Assembly (NCBI GenBank): GCA_951406725.2 | Contig: OX597817.1 | Span: forward strand, 58,404,001-58,468,000 | Length of the DNA stretch: 64,000 nt | Direction of reading: 5' to 3' | Source: Octopus vulgaris | Taxonomy: Eukaryota | In this document: positions 1-15,700 of the stretch, piece after piece | Layout of the letters: every line of letters starts with the position of its first letter | Numbering within the stretch: the first letter of the stretch is position 1 | Translations under genes and position numbers: made by a program | Notes under the pieces: model-generated | What the model was told of the DNA's origin: nothing | Databases searched by the model: none | What the model saw: the letters and a program-made list of their open reading frames with translations, nothing else

Positions 1-229
1 ATCAACGACAACAGCAAGCTAGTTTCACCATACCACTAAAAAGAAACAACAATTACCTAAACCATGAGCGTTAAGATGGATACGCGAGTAAAATTATAAA
101 TAGAGAAACGAAAATAAACTTTGGAAACAGCAACGCCACCATAGGTTACGTGGAAACGATGAACGCGTTTTCAAGGGAGATAATCAAAGGACGTAACATT
201 GTTATACTTCATGTAAAGTAAATATAACA

Positions 230-440
230 AATGAAAAATATTTCAAGAATCCATAAAAATTCCCGGATCCCTACCAAAATTTCATCATCTGTTCCGTGTG
301 TCATTACCAACTTTTCCTGCAAGTTTCATCAAATACCGTTCACAACTTTTTGAGTTATTTTGCCCACAGTCGGACAGACAGAGGGACAGACGGACACACC
401 AACGCCGATGAAAACATAACCTCCTTCTTTGGCAGAGGAT
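230..440 (+). mobile_element. Helentron-associated non-autonomous element (HINE-like), 3' part
   Basis: AAGTTTCATCAAA, a (GACA)n tract and terminal GAAAACATAACCTCC...GGCAGAGG stem-loop, typical of HINE/DINE-like elements. Confidence 0.5.
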
Positions 441-446
441 TTTCCA

Positions 447-1970
447 TACGTATGTGATAGTATGTCTCTCTCTCTTCAGCATTCAAGATAGTAAAGACGC
501 AACGCTTTCAAATATTCCCAGTAGAGAAGTATTTTAACCAAAGGTATTTTACTGGTGAACGTTCTTCGTAACCTTTTAATTTCTTCTATGAGACAGGATG
601 AGTCAGAAGCCCAAAGCTGTGAGCAGTAATCTAACCTGCTCAAGGCGACGAGCTGGCAGAAACGTTAGCACGCCGGGCGAAATGCTTAGCGGTATTTCGT
701 CTGCGTTACGTTGTGAGTTCAAATTCTGCCGAGGTCGACTTTGCCTTTCATCCTTTCGGGGTCGATAAATTAAGTACCAGTTACGCACTGGGGTCGATGT
801 AATCGACTTAATACCTATGTCTGTCCTTGTTTGTCCCCTCTGTGTTTAGCCCCTTGTGGGTAATAAAGAAATAAGTATTTCGTCTGCCGCTACGTTCTGA
901 GTTCAAATTCCGCCGAGGTCGACTTTGCCTTTCATCCTTTCGGGGTCGATTAAATAAGTACCAGTTACGCACTGGGGTCGATATAATCGACTTAATCCGT
1001 TTGTCTGTCCTTGTTTGTCCTCTCTGTGTTTAGCCCCTTGTAGGTAGTAAAGAAATGGGTATTTCGTATGTCTTTATGCTCTGAGTTCAAATTTCACCGA
1101 GGTCGACCTTGCCTTTCATCCTTTCGGGGTCGATAAATTAAGTACCAGTTGCGTACTAGGACGATTTAATCGACTGCCCCCCCACTACCCCCAAATTTCG
1201 GGCCTTGTGCCTAGAGTAGGAGCGAGTAATCTGACCTGCTCAGAACTCAGGCTTTCCATAGAGTAAGCCTAACTACAAAGGTTTGTAGGATCCATCCTAT
1301 GAGATGTCTACATTTAGAGGTCAGTCTGGTGATGTGGCTAAGGAAAGATGCATCAATTGACATGATTACTCCTAAGTCCCATATGTCATTAGCGCTCTGA
1401 ATCATTCTGTGTCAAATATTGTGATTTGTGTGCATTCCCTCTGTAACGAAGAACCTGAAATCTTGATGTATTAAATGTCCTTTTGTTTTAACCCACCTAT
1501 TGATAAATGAGGTTTAGCTCATTTTTGGAGTGTGACAGTATCTTCTGGAGTTTGGATAGCCATGGATATTTTTGCGCCATTGGCGTAACTCGTTATTTCG
1601 GATGAGTGCACTTGTGATACGTATGCGATAGTATCTCTCTTTCTCTCTCTCAAGATATTAGAGACGCAACGCTTTCAAATATTCCCAGTAGCTAGGTCTT
1701 TTAACCAAAGGTATTTATAATAAATAATTATAGTCCTAAAACCGTTCTCTGAGGCATACTACTTACTACGGAGTGAAAAACCATTTCCAGCAACAGATTG
1801 GCCCCTACCATGTAAGAAGTCAAAGAGCCATTCTCTGAGTTTTCCTGAGATACCAAGATTCTTTAACCTGTGACAGATGATTCCATGAACAATCTTGCCG
1901 AGCGCCTTAACAAAATCAAGGTATATACAGTCAATGTCCTTTCCTCTCAAGAGATTACTAAGAAAAGTTT
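447..1970 (-). pseudogene. Old, fragmented CR1-group LINE RT remnants (interrupted by a SINE)
   Basis: Minus-strand peptides SRLDYCSQLW, YWEYLKALRL and IYLDFVKALGKIVHGIICHRLKNLGISGKLREWL match the intact ORF2 at 52712-55708; segment 447-548 recurs at 1617-1716. Confidence 0.75.
643..1224 (+). mobile_element. Nin/Deu-domain-like SINE with three tandem core units
   Basis: Three units containing GTTCAAATT..GAGGTCGACTTTGCCTTTCATCCTTTCGGGGTCGAT..AAGTACCAG; 18-bp TSD AGTAATCT(A/G)ACCTGCTCA at 625-642 and 1225-1242. Confidence 0.85.
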
Positions 1971-1984
1971 TTCGGTGTGAAAAA

Positions 1985-2067
1985 CTTCCTGGTTTGGGGA
2001 TTTCCTGGTAAGTTCCGAGAATCGGGGATACTTTCTGGAAAAGTCCGAGCACTTCCTGGAAAATTCC
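1985..2067. promoter_or_regulatory. Cluster of NF-kB-like and STAT(GAS)-like motifs
   Basis: GGGGATTTCC 1996-2005, TTCCGAGAA 2013-2021, TTCCTGGAA 2053-2061, GGAAAATTCC 2058-2067; motif match only. Confidence 0.3.
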
Positions 2068-2239
2068 GATGATGTGACATTACTTGGTAGGCCTTGCGTA
2101 AAGAGTAATTATACAACCGTTTTTGTAACGATTAATGCATAGCGTACTAGGATACGATAGGGAAACACATGTAAAGACTATAATTCATAAACCAATAATA
2201 ATTTTTTCTACAACCGAATCTCCAATTTAAATCTCAGCT

Positions 2240-3180
<941 letters not shown>

Positions 3181-3387
3181 TTCTTTTATTCTTTTTGATT
3201 GCGGTCATGCTGGAGCACCGCCTTTAGTCGAAGAAATGGACCCCAGTACTTATTCTTTGTTAGCTTAGTACTTATTCTATCGTACCCTTTTGCCGAACCG
3301 CTGAGTTACGGGGATATAAACACACCAACATCGGTGGTGGGACAAACACATACACAAATACATACATACATACACACATACATACAT

Positions 3388-3479
<92 letters not shown>

Positions 3480-3642
3480 GACAAGATTCTTTCAGTTTCC
3501 ATTCACCAAATCCACTCACAAGGTCTTGGTTGGCCCGAGACTGTAGTAGAATACACTTGCCCAAGGTGCCACGCAGTGGGACTGAACGCGGAGCCATGTT
3601 GTTGGGAAGCAAGCATTTTACCACACAGCCATGCCTGCACCC
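3181..3642 (-). mobile_element. tRNA-derived CORE-type SINE with internal microsatellite
   Basis: Head ..GTTCAGTCCCACTGCGTGGCACCTTGGGCAAGTG.., same family as 16085 and 29110; 3' end abuts a TA-rich array. Confidence 0.85.
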
Positions 3643-3736
3643 ATATATATATATATATATATATATACATACACTCGCACATATATACATACATACTTAC
3701 ATGCATATACACACACACACACATACATATATATAT

Positions 3737-3791
<55 letters not shown>

Positions 3792-4358
3792 CATATATAT
3801 ATACATATATATATATATATACATATATATATCTGTGTGTGTGTGTATATAAATGTATCAAGTGGTTCTGCCAAACGCTAAGTGTCCATTGTATTCTAAC
3901 ATTGTATTCCTGGGCTTTATCATTTTTCCATTCTCCAAAAATATCGTTCACAATAACTTGGTGGAAAGTTGAGCCAGCGAACGGCCATCAGTTCTCCACA
4001 ACGGTACGACAATAAAGTTGAATGGCTGGCGAGGTTTAATCTTGAGACAGGCAGGAAACGTTTGTGATAAGTGGCGACATCTTGTGAGGAGATGCTCTGG
4101 CACATACATAGTACACCGCTTCTCGAGTGAGCGGTGGGTTCCGGCTTAAGGGCGATTGAAGGCCGACACGTGAGTTGGTGGAGTGCTGGTTGGGAAATCT
4201 ATTGTTAATATTTGAGACAATGAAAGTACAATCTATTAAATATATACTTCATCTATTTATAAATTGTGATTTTATATTCACCCTACACGTGCCTCTGTAT
4301 ATGTTTGTTTGTATGTTTCTGTGTGTGTGTGTGTAGGTGTATGTGTGCTGGTGTATGT

Positions 4359-4393
<35 letters not shown>

Positions 4394-4513
4394 TATATAT
4401 ATATATGTAACTATATATATTTATATTATATTATATATATATTTATGTATGTATATTTACATTCATACATGCATATGTGTGTATATAGCTATATGAATAT
4501 ATATATATGTATG

Positions 4514-4565
<52 letters not shown>

Positions 4566-5214
4566 TAAATATGCGTATGTGTGTATGTATATATATGTGT
4601 GTGAGTGTGTGCGTGTATGTATATGTATGTACACACACATACACACACAAGTAAAAACATAGGTGGAAAATGTGGTGGAAAAATTAGTACTCGAATCCGT
4701 AAAGTAGAGTAAAGCACTATTAAAATCGACTTTAATGAAATAGTATAAGTGTGTGTATATATAAACATATATGCAGCACTCACTTTTACAGCCCGAACGT
4801 TCCCTCGGGAAGAGATTTCTGTTGACAAACAGACATGGGGTAAAACTATTTTTCTGTCTTACTGAGCGGGGAGCACTAAAAAGTGCTAAGTGAAATTGCA
4901 ATGCTATTATCAGTCGAATTTGGTAGATGCAAGTTCGAACTGGGGAACAAGCCACTCACTGCGTTTTGTATCGAAAAACTCCCTAGGTGTATGTATTTAT
5001 TTATGTATTCGTATATTTTATCATCCTTTAAAAAAAAGGCAAATTCTGTATAATAGAGCGATTATATTTTCATCGCCAAAAGCAATGTATTCTTAACTGC
5101 CCCGTCCTCCCACCGACGGTTACGACGAAGAGGGTTCCAGTTGATCGGACCAACGGGACCGCCTGCCCGTGGAATTAGCGTGAAAGTAGCTGAGTACTCC
5201 ACAGGTACCCATAA

Positions 5215-7058
5215 CCTGCTCCCTCCATCTGTGGCGATGACAGGCATTACTCTCCCAGTCAGTCTCCTGCATATCAAAGGCCTTTAATGAGGACTTGACA
5301 CAGTCCTTAAATCGCAGCCTTGGTTTCTGCTGGGGTCTCTTTCCATTCACAAGTTCCCCATATAGCATCTGCTTAAGGATCCTGCTATCCTTCATTTTAA
5401 TAAGGTGTCCAGTCCAATGTAACTAACTAGCGCTTGTGCACCATCGCCTCAATACTCTCAAGATATCAGCTGTCCTCAGGACCTGTGTGTCTGGAGTTTT
5501 TAAGGTCCAGTCAACATTCAGAATGTGTCTGAGACATCTCTGATGAAAGCATTCAAGGACCCTTACATGATGTTTGTAAAGGATCCATGTTTTACATGAG
5601 TAAAGGAGTGTTGTCAGTATACATGCACGGTACACAGCAATTTTTGTTTGCCTTGTGATGCCATGCTGGGACCAGACACGAGACTGAAGAGACCGGAAGG
5701 AATCAGTTGCTCTCTGCAGCCTGAGAGATATTCCCTCATCCAGGGAGCAAGAACGGCTGAGTGTGCTGCCCAGGTAGACTAACTTGTCTACCATTTTCAG
5801 TATTGTTCCTTCAACCAAGATAGCTGATCCACACATGGATTTCCTGGTGCAGGCTGGAACATTACAACAGTCTTGTGCAGGCTAATGCTGAATCCAAATG
5901 CCTTGCAAGAAGCAGAAATACGATTCATAAGTATTTGCATGTCATCCACTGTATGAGTGACTAAGTCACAGTCATCTGCATAAAGGAGGTCATGAATAAG
6001 AGACTGGAAAACTTTTGAATTGGCAGCAAATCGGTGCAGATTAAAGTCGTGGCCAGAAGATCAATACTTGACACATATTCCCGAGAGCTAACCTTAGCAA
6101 AAGCATGAGTAAAAGCAGCAGCAAAGTATAAAGAAAAGAGAGTTGGAGCAAGGATGTCACCCTGCTTGACATATCCATTGTCCATCTACTTGATCGGAAG
6201 CCATATTGAGATTCAGATAGGACATCATTTACGAAACACCCATTCAGGCGGGTAACATGAATATTTGCCAGAACTTTGCCAGCAGCTGATAGTAGAGCAA
6301 TACCTCTGTAGTTACCACACATTGTTCTGGCTCCTTTTTCTTTATAGAGAGGAAGAATAATTGCATCCTTCCAGTGCTTAGGCATTGCACCATCCCTCCA
6401 GACTGCACTAATAAGTTCATGAAGAGACTGTATGATGTAATCACCACCAAATCGCAAGACCTCAGCACAAATTCCATCCTTTCCTTGTGCCCTACCGAGA
6501 TTCAGTTTACTTATTGCTGTCATTACCTCATCTAATAAAAGCGTAGAATTTAAAGAGGCGATGATAGCTCTTTGTTGCCTAGTATCAATCACTGTTTCAT
6601 CCACAACTTACTCATGCTTTAGGAGTTCAGAGGAGTGTTCAATCAAGCGATCTGTGATTTCTGTTGATTTAGTAAATGGAGTAGAAGACTCCTTGAAAAG
6701 CAAAGGAGATGATGCAGAGCTCTTTGGCCCATAAACTTGCTTCATACGATGGTAAAGCTTCTTGCTGTCATTTGCATCAGCAGCATCCTGAACATCACGA
6801 GCAATATCTTCCCACTAAGCGTTCTGCATCTTCCTGAGAGATCGCTGCAGTAGTGATTTTACACTGCTATAGTTGGCAAGTGCTAGATTTCGTTGCACAG
6901 CTGAAAGTCCTCTGTGTAGCAATACATTGTGGGCATGGCGCTTTACAGCTAATAATCGCTGAACTTCAGCATCATTTTCATCAAACCAGTCTCTGTGTCT
7001 GATAGTAGCATATCCCACTGTATTAGCAGCATATTGAAGAACCTGGTCACGAAAGATG
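5215..7058 (-). pseudogene. Degraded RTE (BovB-like) LINE
   Basis: Broken ORFs with DWFDEND, NYRGIALLSAAGK, GVKQG-like YVKQGDILAPTLF, YLGSTLS and KQMLYGEL..GKRP. Confidence 0.9.
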
Positions 7059-7829
7059 ATGATTAGAGTGAAAGAGAGAAGAGGGCCAGTCGGCATTCCT
7101 CAGCATCTGAGTGCCCACAAGATATATGATGCCGTGTTGAGGAAAGAACTTCAAACTCGCTTGTCCAGCATTGAAAATACTGCAGCATGGGAAGAGCAAA
7201 GTTCCAGATGATTAGAGTGAAAGAGAGAAGAGGGCCAGTCGGCATTCCTCGGCATCTGGCGACAAGGGCGACAAGAAGACTTTATATCTAATATGGGCTG
7301 CCTACGTGCAGGTCGCTGACCACATGCTTCCAACACGTCAGGTCTACATGCTTCACCACCTTCCCATCGCCGCAGGACTTCCGAACGAATATAAAATAAA
7401 TATATACTAAAAATAAAAAATATATATATATATAAATATATACTAAAAATAAAGATACATATATACTGAAAATAAAATAAATATATATATAGGGAGTGGA
7501 AGCAGCACGTATTGAGCAGAGGTCAGCAATGCCTGTGCAGAGTTTTAGGTCCAATAAGGCTTGCACAACACCTCATAGACCCTCTCCACTTTATTGACAT
7601 TATCCAGAGACAAGCCGGAGCAAGATGTCTGGTGCCAATATGAGTCGCTGGCTCAGGGATATGGGAGTGTCATGATCTCTAGCACAAACCAAAGATCCCC
7701 CAAATGTCCAATTCCAGGATGGTGTCCGGCATGCTGAAAGACCACCGGAGGTGAGGCATGTCTCTCCTTGAGCCATGTCTCTAGGAGAATGTCACTCTGC
7801 TATAAAACCTGATATGTAGGAAATGGCAT

Positions 7830-8049
7830 TGGACACATACATACATACATACATACATACATACATACATACATACACACACACATACATACATACATAC
7901 ATACATACATGCATATACTCATTTATATATTGAAATGAGGAAGGTATTACGTAACGGATGCTTTTCCTACTATATATTACGAAAACCTGAAACGTATGTA
8001 TTAAATGATGTCAAAACATCACTATTTGATTTGGCTTCATTATTACAAC

Positions 8050-8092
<43 letters not shown>

Positions 8093-8159
8093 CACACGCA
8101 CACACACACCACACACACACGCACGCACATACACACACGCATAATGCTTGCATGCATGC

Positions 8160-8192
<33 letters not shown>

Positions 8193-8390
8193 TACATGCA
8201 TGCATGTATGTATGTATGTATGTATGCATGCATGCATGTATGTATGTATGTATGTATGTATGTATGTATGTATGTATGTATGTATGTATACATGCATGCA
8301 TGTATGTATGCATGTATGTATGTATGTATGTATGTATGTATGTATGTATGTATGTATGTATGTATGTATGTATGTATGTATGTATATATA
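7830..8390. repeat. (CATA)n, (CA)n and (TATG)n microsatellites
   Basis: Directly visible. Confidence 0.9.
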
Positions 8391-8699
8391 TTTCTAATGT
8401 TCTACACGAGCTCACATGTTCGTTTATGGTGTATTTTGTTGATGGGCCATGAAGGGGTATTCAGTTAAACAGACGCCATTAAATGACTGGTACATTATTT
8501 TATGGATTTCCAGAAGAGCAAAAGCCAAAATTTGACCTCCAAGTAATACAGACTCTTAACGTTGACCTGGAACTCAGGCCAGTCTCTGATCAGGACTTAT
8601 CTTATTATTAAATCAATATCTTACTCAGCAATCACTATTTTATTAATAATTCTCAAAATTTATTTCAGTTCATTTTCTGAAAGCCACCACTTTTTATTT

Positions 8700-9600
<901 letters not shown>

Positions 9601-10169
9601 ATCCACCCTCCCCATATCCTTACCATTCAATACATCCACCGCCACTTTCACCAATATTCATTCTTCACTTGAATCTAAGAATCTAAAATCAGGTGGAGGA
9701 GGTTCTGCCTGGTACCACACAATACTTGGCACGGCTGGCTTTTAATTTCACCCAACCATCTGAAGCACATTCACTTTCATGAGTGCCTAACACTCGACTT
9801 CATTTTAAAGTCTCCATTTGTACTCCTTTTGTTATTCAGAATTACAAACGCCTACTAACGCTACAAGAACGATTTTAGTCTGTCTTGCAATCAGTTGAGA
9901 CACCTACCAAGTCAATTCCATCTTCATCTGCAGAAGAAGTCATCGATAAACTTCCAGAATATATCTCAGACTTTATCAAGTAACAAAGAGAATTATAAAT
10001 ATTGATTTCTGAACAAAACAAATATTGATAATTTCGGAGGCGATAAGATATTGAATTCCTACATAGGCCCAGCGTCCAATCATTTTTATATTACCAACAA
10101 AAAGAGGATAAGCAGAGCAAAGAAAATCAATTACAGGAGGAGACCTCATCATTTATCCTCATCCGAAAG

Positions 10170-10272
10170 ATGTATCAGTTGGGTCTGATATTGCTTTGTG
10201 TTAGTTTCTGCTCCATCTTCAGACCAACGGCTAGCTTTTGTTATGAACAAAATGCCAACACGGAATTCACAA
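10170..10272 (+). CDS. Beta-microseminoprotein (PSP94/MSMB-like) gene, coding exon 1
   Basis: ATG, MYQLGLILLCVSFCSIFRPTAS (signal-peptide-like) then FCYEQNANTEFT; phase-1 donor A|GTAAGT. Confidence 0.85.
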
Positions 10273-10289
10273 GTAAGTCTTGAAAGCTC

Positions 10290-10665
10290 TTACCCTTTAT
10301 TTGTTTCAGTCATTGGACAGCAGCCATGCTGTGATGCCGCCTTGAAAGGTTTTAGTCGAAAGAAATCAGCGACGTCAGTGCTTATTTTAAAGTCTGGTAC
10401 TTACCTCTCGCTCTCTTTTGCTGAAACCACTAAGTTAAGGTGACGTAACTACACTAACACCGGTTGACAAGCGTTGTGAAGTGACAAACAGAAACACAAC
10501 GACACACAAACATACATACAGTCATACGCAGTTTTTGCCTACCAAATTCATTCAGAAAGCTTTGGTTAGCCCAGTACTGTAGAAGAAGACATTCACCGAA
10601 GGTGCCACGCAGTGGGAATGAACTCAAATCTATGTGGTTTCAAAGCGCGCTTCGTAACCACACTG
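10290..10665 (-). mobile_element. Diverged CORE-type SINE in intron 1
   Basis: Similar to 16085-16542 along its length. Confidence 0.75.
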
Positions 10666-10984
10666 TTTGTTCCTGGCTGAGAATATATATATTTGTTTTT
10701 ATGTAAGGTTTTTTTTTATGTGGAGTAACAATACAAGAAATTTAACTTTAAACTGCAGTATTACTCAATACCTTATGTAGGATGCATATCTATTGTAGTT
10801 TTGAGAGAGGAAGGGTGACAGTGACTTCGAAATTTTGGCCTACTACTCTCCGTCGAACTGTGATACATCTGGGTTCTTCTTATAACACAGATTGATGATG
10901 TCATGAAAGCAGAAATTTCGAGATCACTATCATTGCTGCTTCTTGTAAAAGTATATATATATGTATATATATTTTCCGAATTTG

Positions 10985-12040
<1,056 letters not shown>

Positions 12041-12336
12041 TGAGTAGCGAACTGCTGCCAATGAGATATTTCATTTTATCCCAACTACTGATTCGCAGCT
12101 TTTACCACAACTACGACAGTTAATGCAATGGCTGACCCACGACACCGTCACCGTGTTTATATTTGTGTCTTCTCAGCTCACCAATAGAAAGCCAACATTT
12201 ATAACACAATTGTCAGACATGTTCTTTCAAGTAGTGAAGGTTCACTATTAGCTTGCTTTAGTTCATGTTTCCTAGAAACTGACGGAAGTAGCCCTTCGTT
12301 GCCAACCTCATTATTAATCATTCTATATCTCTCTCC

Positions 12337-12453
<117 letters not shown>

Positions 12454-13013
12454 AACACTTTCCTCTCTGGTCAATCTCTCATCAACTTCTTCAAGTATCA
12501 CTTGAAGAGGAAAGTGAGAGTAGAGAGGCAAGTTTTGTCTAGTGAATGTTTTAAAAAAAGATGGGTGAATGTAGCAAGGATGGCACGTATGAATGACGAA
12601 GCCACCTTGACTATGATTCTATGAACCATAAAAATTAATACATAGAGTTGCTTATTTGCAAAAAAAAAAATAAAAGAAAGAAATATAACATGTGACTTCA
12701 TTGACCGAGGTTACCGTGGTCTTTTCCGTAGGCTTTTCCTTCCACGGGTAAACCTCACCTGTCCTCCCCTTTACACTTCATATTGACATTTCTGTGATAA
12801 CGATCCCTATTGATCAATTTTTTTCCTCTCCCCCTTTTTTTTAACCACCCCCTTTTTTTTGTCCTCCTTCTCTCCTTTTACGATCCCTTTTGATCGACTC
12901 CCCCTTTTTTTATTTTTATTTTTAATTTTAATTTTTTTTTTACCTTCAAAAGAAAAGCTCTACCTTGTAATTTGTTCTATCTGTGTGCAGCCCTGTGTGG
13001 CTAATAAAGAAAC
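12454..13013 (+). mobile_element. 5'-truncated L1/Tx1-like LINE 3' end within an (ATCT)n array
   Basis: Peptide NTFLSGQSLINFFKYHLKRKVRVERQVLSSECFKKRWVNVARM..* (stop 12622-12624) resembles a Tx1 ORF2 C-terminus; T-rich 3' UTR; AATAAA 13003-13008; (ATCT)n on both sides. Confidence 0.6.
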
Positions 13014-13014
13014 A

Positions 13015-13081
<67 letters not shown>

Positions 13082-13082
<1 letters not shown>

Positions 13083-13295
13083 GGGGGAGTTTTTACGAAA
13101 AAAAAAAACCCAAAAAACAAAAGGCGAAGACAGGTGGTGTACAAAAGAAAAAAAAAAGATGTATTAGTATAACGCTCAGGAATAGAAAACGTCTTTTACG
13201 TTACGAGCCTAGCTCTTCTACAGAAAGGGACACAGAAAAAAATAAAAACAATGAAGAAACAAGGAGAGAAAAGAATGTGTGTAGTGGCTAACGAT
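13082..13295 (-). mobile_element. Probable Penelope-like terminal fragment between (ATCT)n arrays
   Basis: Minus strand CTGTAGAAGAGC-TAG-GCTCGTAACGT resembles a decayed hammerhead core typical of pLTRs. Confidence 0.35.
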
Positions 13296-13326
13296 CTATC
13301 TATCTATCTATCTATATCTATCTATC

Positions 13327-13393
<67 letters not shown>

Positions 13394-13431
13394 TATTCTG
13401 TATACATGTACACACACACATACACACGCAT

Positions 13432-13473
<42 letters not shown>

Positions 13474-13474
13474 G

Positions 13475-13538
<64 letters not shown>

Positions 13539-13844
13539 CGCAGCGTGCCACTTTGAGCAAGTGCCTTCTGCTCGAGCCCCGATCTGCTGAATGTCGAAGC
13601 CTTTGAGAAGTTTTACGAACAATTTCACTCGTTAAGGACCGAAGATGAAATCGGATTTAATAAAGCTGCTGATAATGGCGGCCTTTGGTGAAAGCAATTA
13701 GTTAGTATTGAGTGGAACAGCGTCTCTTATATTGTTCTGGACTGGTAGCGGTTGTTATGGATCTCCGTCGTCTGACGACGAGGATTCAGTTGTTTTGTCG
13801 ACAGAATTATCTGCTCCTGAATTACATATATATATATATACATA

Positions 13845-14065
13845 TTGGTTTCAAATTTTGGCACAAGGCAAGCAGTTTCGGGTGGGGCGGGGTGTAGGTC
13901 GATTACATTGACCCCAACACTCAACTGGTACTCATTTTATCATCTCTGAAAGGATGGAGTGCAAAGTGGACCTCGACGGAATTTGAACTCAGAGCACAAA
14001 GACGGATGAAATGCCACTAAGCATTTTGTCCGGCTTGCTAACGATTCTGCCAGCTCACCTCCTTA
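13845..14065 (-). mobile_element. Nin-like SINE
   Basis: Reverse complement of the 643-1224 family. Confidence 0.8.
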
Positions 14066-14150
14066 ATAACAACAGCAACAACAACAGAAACAACAACAAC
14101 AGCAACAACAATAATAATATAACTTGACCCTTTCTTCTTTATTTCTTCAG

Positions 14151-14271
14151 GGTTAGGACGCGCCATTAAGTTCTGCAGCTTTCGAGGAATCAAACTTTTG
14201 TCCGGTTCTCGACTAAAAACCCAAGACTGTCTTTCTTGTAACTGCACAACCGAGAAACTAAAATGTTGTGG
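14151..14271 (+). CDS. Beta-microseminoprotein-like gene, coding exon 2
   Basis: Acceptor TTTATTTCTTCAG, donor GG|GTAAGT; encodes (R)LGRAIKFCSFRGIKLLSGSRLKTQDCLSCNCTTEKLKCC(G); phases match exons 1 and 3. Confidence 0.9.
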
Positions 14272-15059
14272 GTAAGTTTTGCATTTGTCTTTAGTAATTC
14301 ACTCAGCGGACAATCATTAGTCATAAGTCACCTTTCTGATGATCGGCATCTGCTTGTGCAACTCCAAGTAACAGAATATACTCACACACACACACACACA
14401 CACATACACACACACAAACACATGCACAAACACACACAAACACAAACACACACACACACTCATACATGCATGCACACATACAAACACGCACACGCACGCA
14501 CACAAACATACACACACGCACTTACTCACACACGCATGCATGCACACACACAAATACACACGCACACACACACACACAAACATACACACTCACACATGCA
14601 TACATGCACACACACAAACATAAACACACACACAAACACACACGCACATATACAAACACAAATACAAACACACATGTACACACGCACACACATATACTGA
14701 TACGCATGCACCCACACAAACACACACACAAGCACAGATACACAAACACAAACACGCACGCACGCACAAACACACACATGCATGCACACACATATCCTAT
14801 GTGTGTGTCTATGCATGTATGCATGTTTTGTTTCACAGTTTTAAGTTCTTCTGAATGATGGCCGATCCAAACGCTAAAAAAGTGACAAGACTTTTTTGTA
14901 GTTAGAATAGTTTCTGGCGTTTTTAAACATGTGATTGAATTAGTGTGTGGCCGTATATATAAGTGCATGCAGCTGCACTTGCGTTTTGTGTAAGCATGTC
15001 TCTTTAGTACTTTGGTGTGCATGTGCATGTATGTATGTATGTGTGTGTGAGTGAGTGTG

Positions 15060-15249
15060 TGTGTGTATGTTTGTGTCTGTGTTTGCCCCCCCCCCAACAT
15101 CGCTTGACAACCGATGCTGGTGTGTTTACGTGGCCGTAACTTAGCGGTTCGGCAAAAGAGACCGATAGAATAAGTCCTTGAGTCGATTTGCTCGCCTAAA
15201 GGCGGTGCTCCAGCATGGCCACAGTCAAATGACTGAAACAAGTAAAAGA

Positions 15250-15250
<1 letters not shown>
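15060..15250 (+). mobile_element. CORE-type SINE 3' half
   Basis: Ends GGCGGTGCTCCAGCATGGCCACAGTCAAATGACTGAAACAAGTAAAAGAG then (TA)n. Confidence 0.85.
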
Positions 15251-15284
<34 letters not shown>

Positions 15285-15285
<1 letters not shown>

Positions 15286-15700
15286 TAGCAGTATCGCCCG
15301 GCGTTGCTCGGGTTTGTAAGGGAAATAACTATATAAGCATTTTTAGAGATGTAAAGTATAATAGCCATCTCAATATGGCTAACCACCACAAAGGCGGGGT
15401 GTTACTGTAGCTTTTTACGTTCTGAGATTTAATAATAAATTTTTAGAGAGTTACTTCCCTTATATATGCCAAAAATGCATTAAAAACGGGAAAAATTGAT
15501 GGTAAATTATTTTAAAAATCGTAGACTTATCATAGACGCGCGCTAATACCCAGAAGGGCTCGATATGAATCACGACTATAAGATACCCGGTTTTGGTTAA
15601 ACTGCAACGCAAAATGTGGGAGTAGTTAGGAATCTAAATCGTAGGAGACAGACAGCACACAACCTCACTTATATATATATATATATATATATATATCTAT
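15285..15700 (-). mobile_element. Non-autonomous Helitron
   Basis: Minus-strand 3' end CCCGAGCAACGCCGGG hairpin followed by CTAG|T; homologous to 36126-36627. Confidence 0.8.

Noticed and set aside
3854-4287. Possible solo LTR (TGTA...TACA, ATTAAA)
   Set aside because: No TSD, no second copy and no PBS/PPT; cannot be supported
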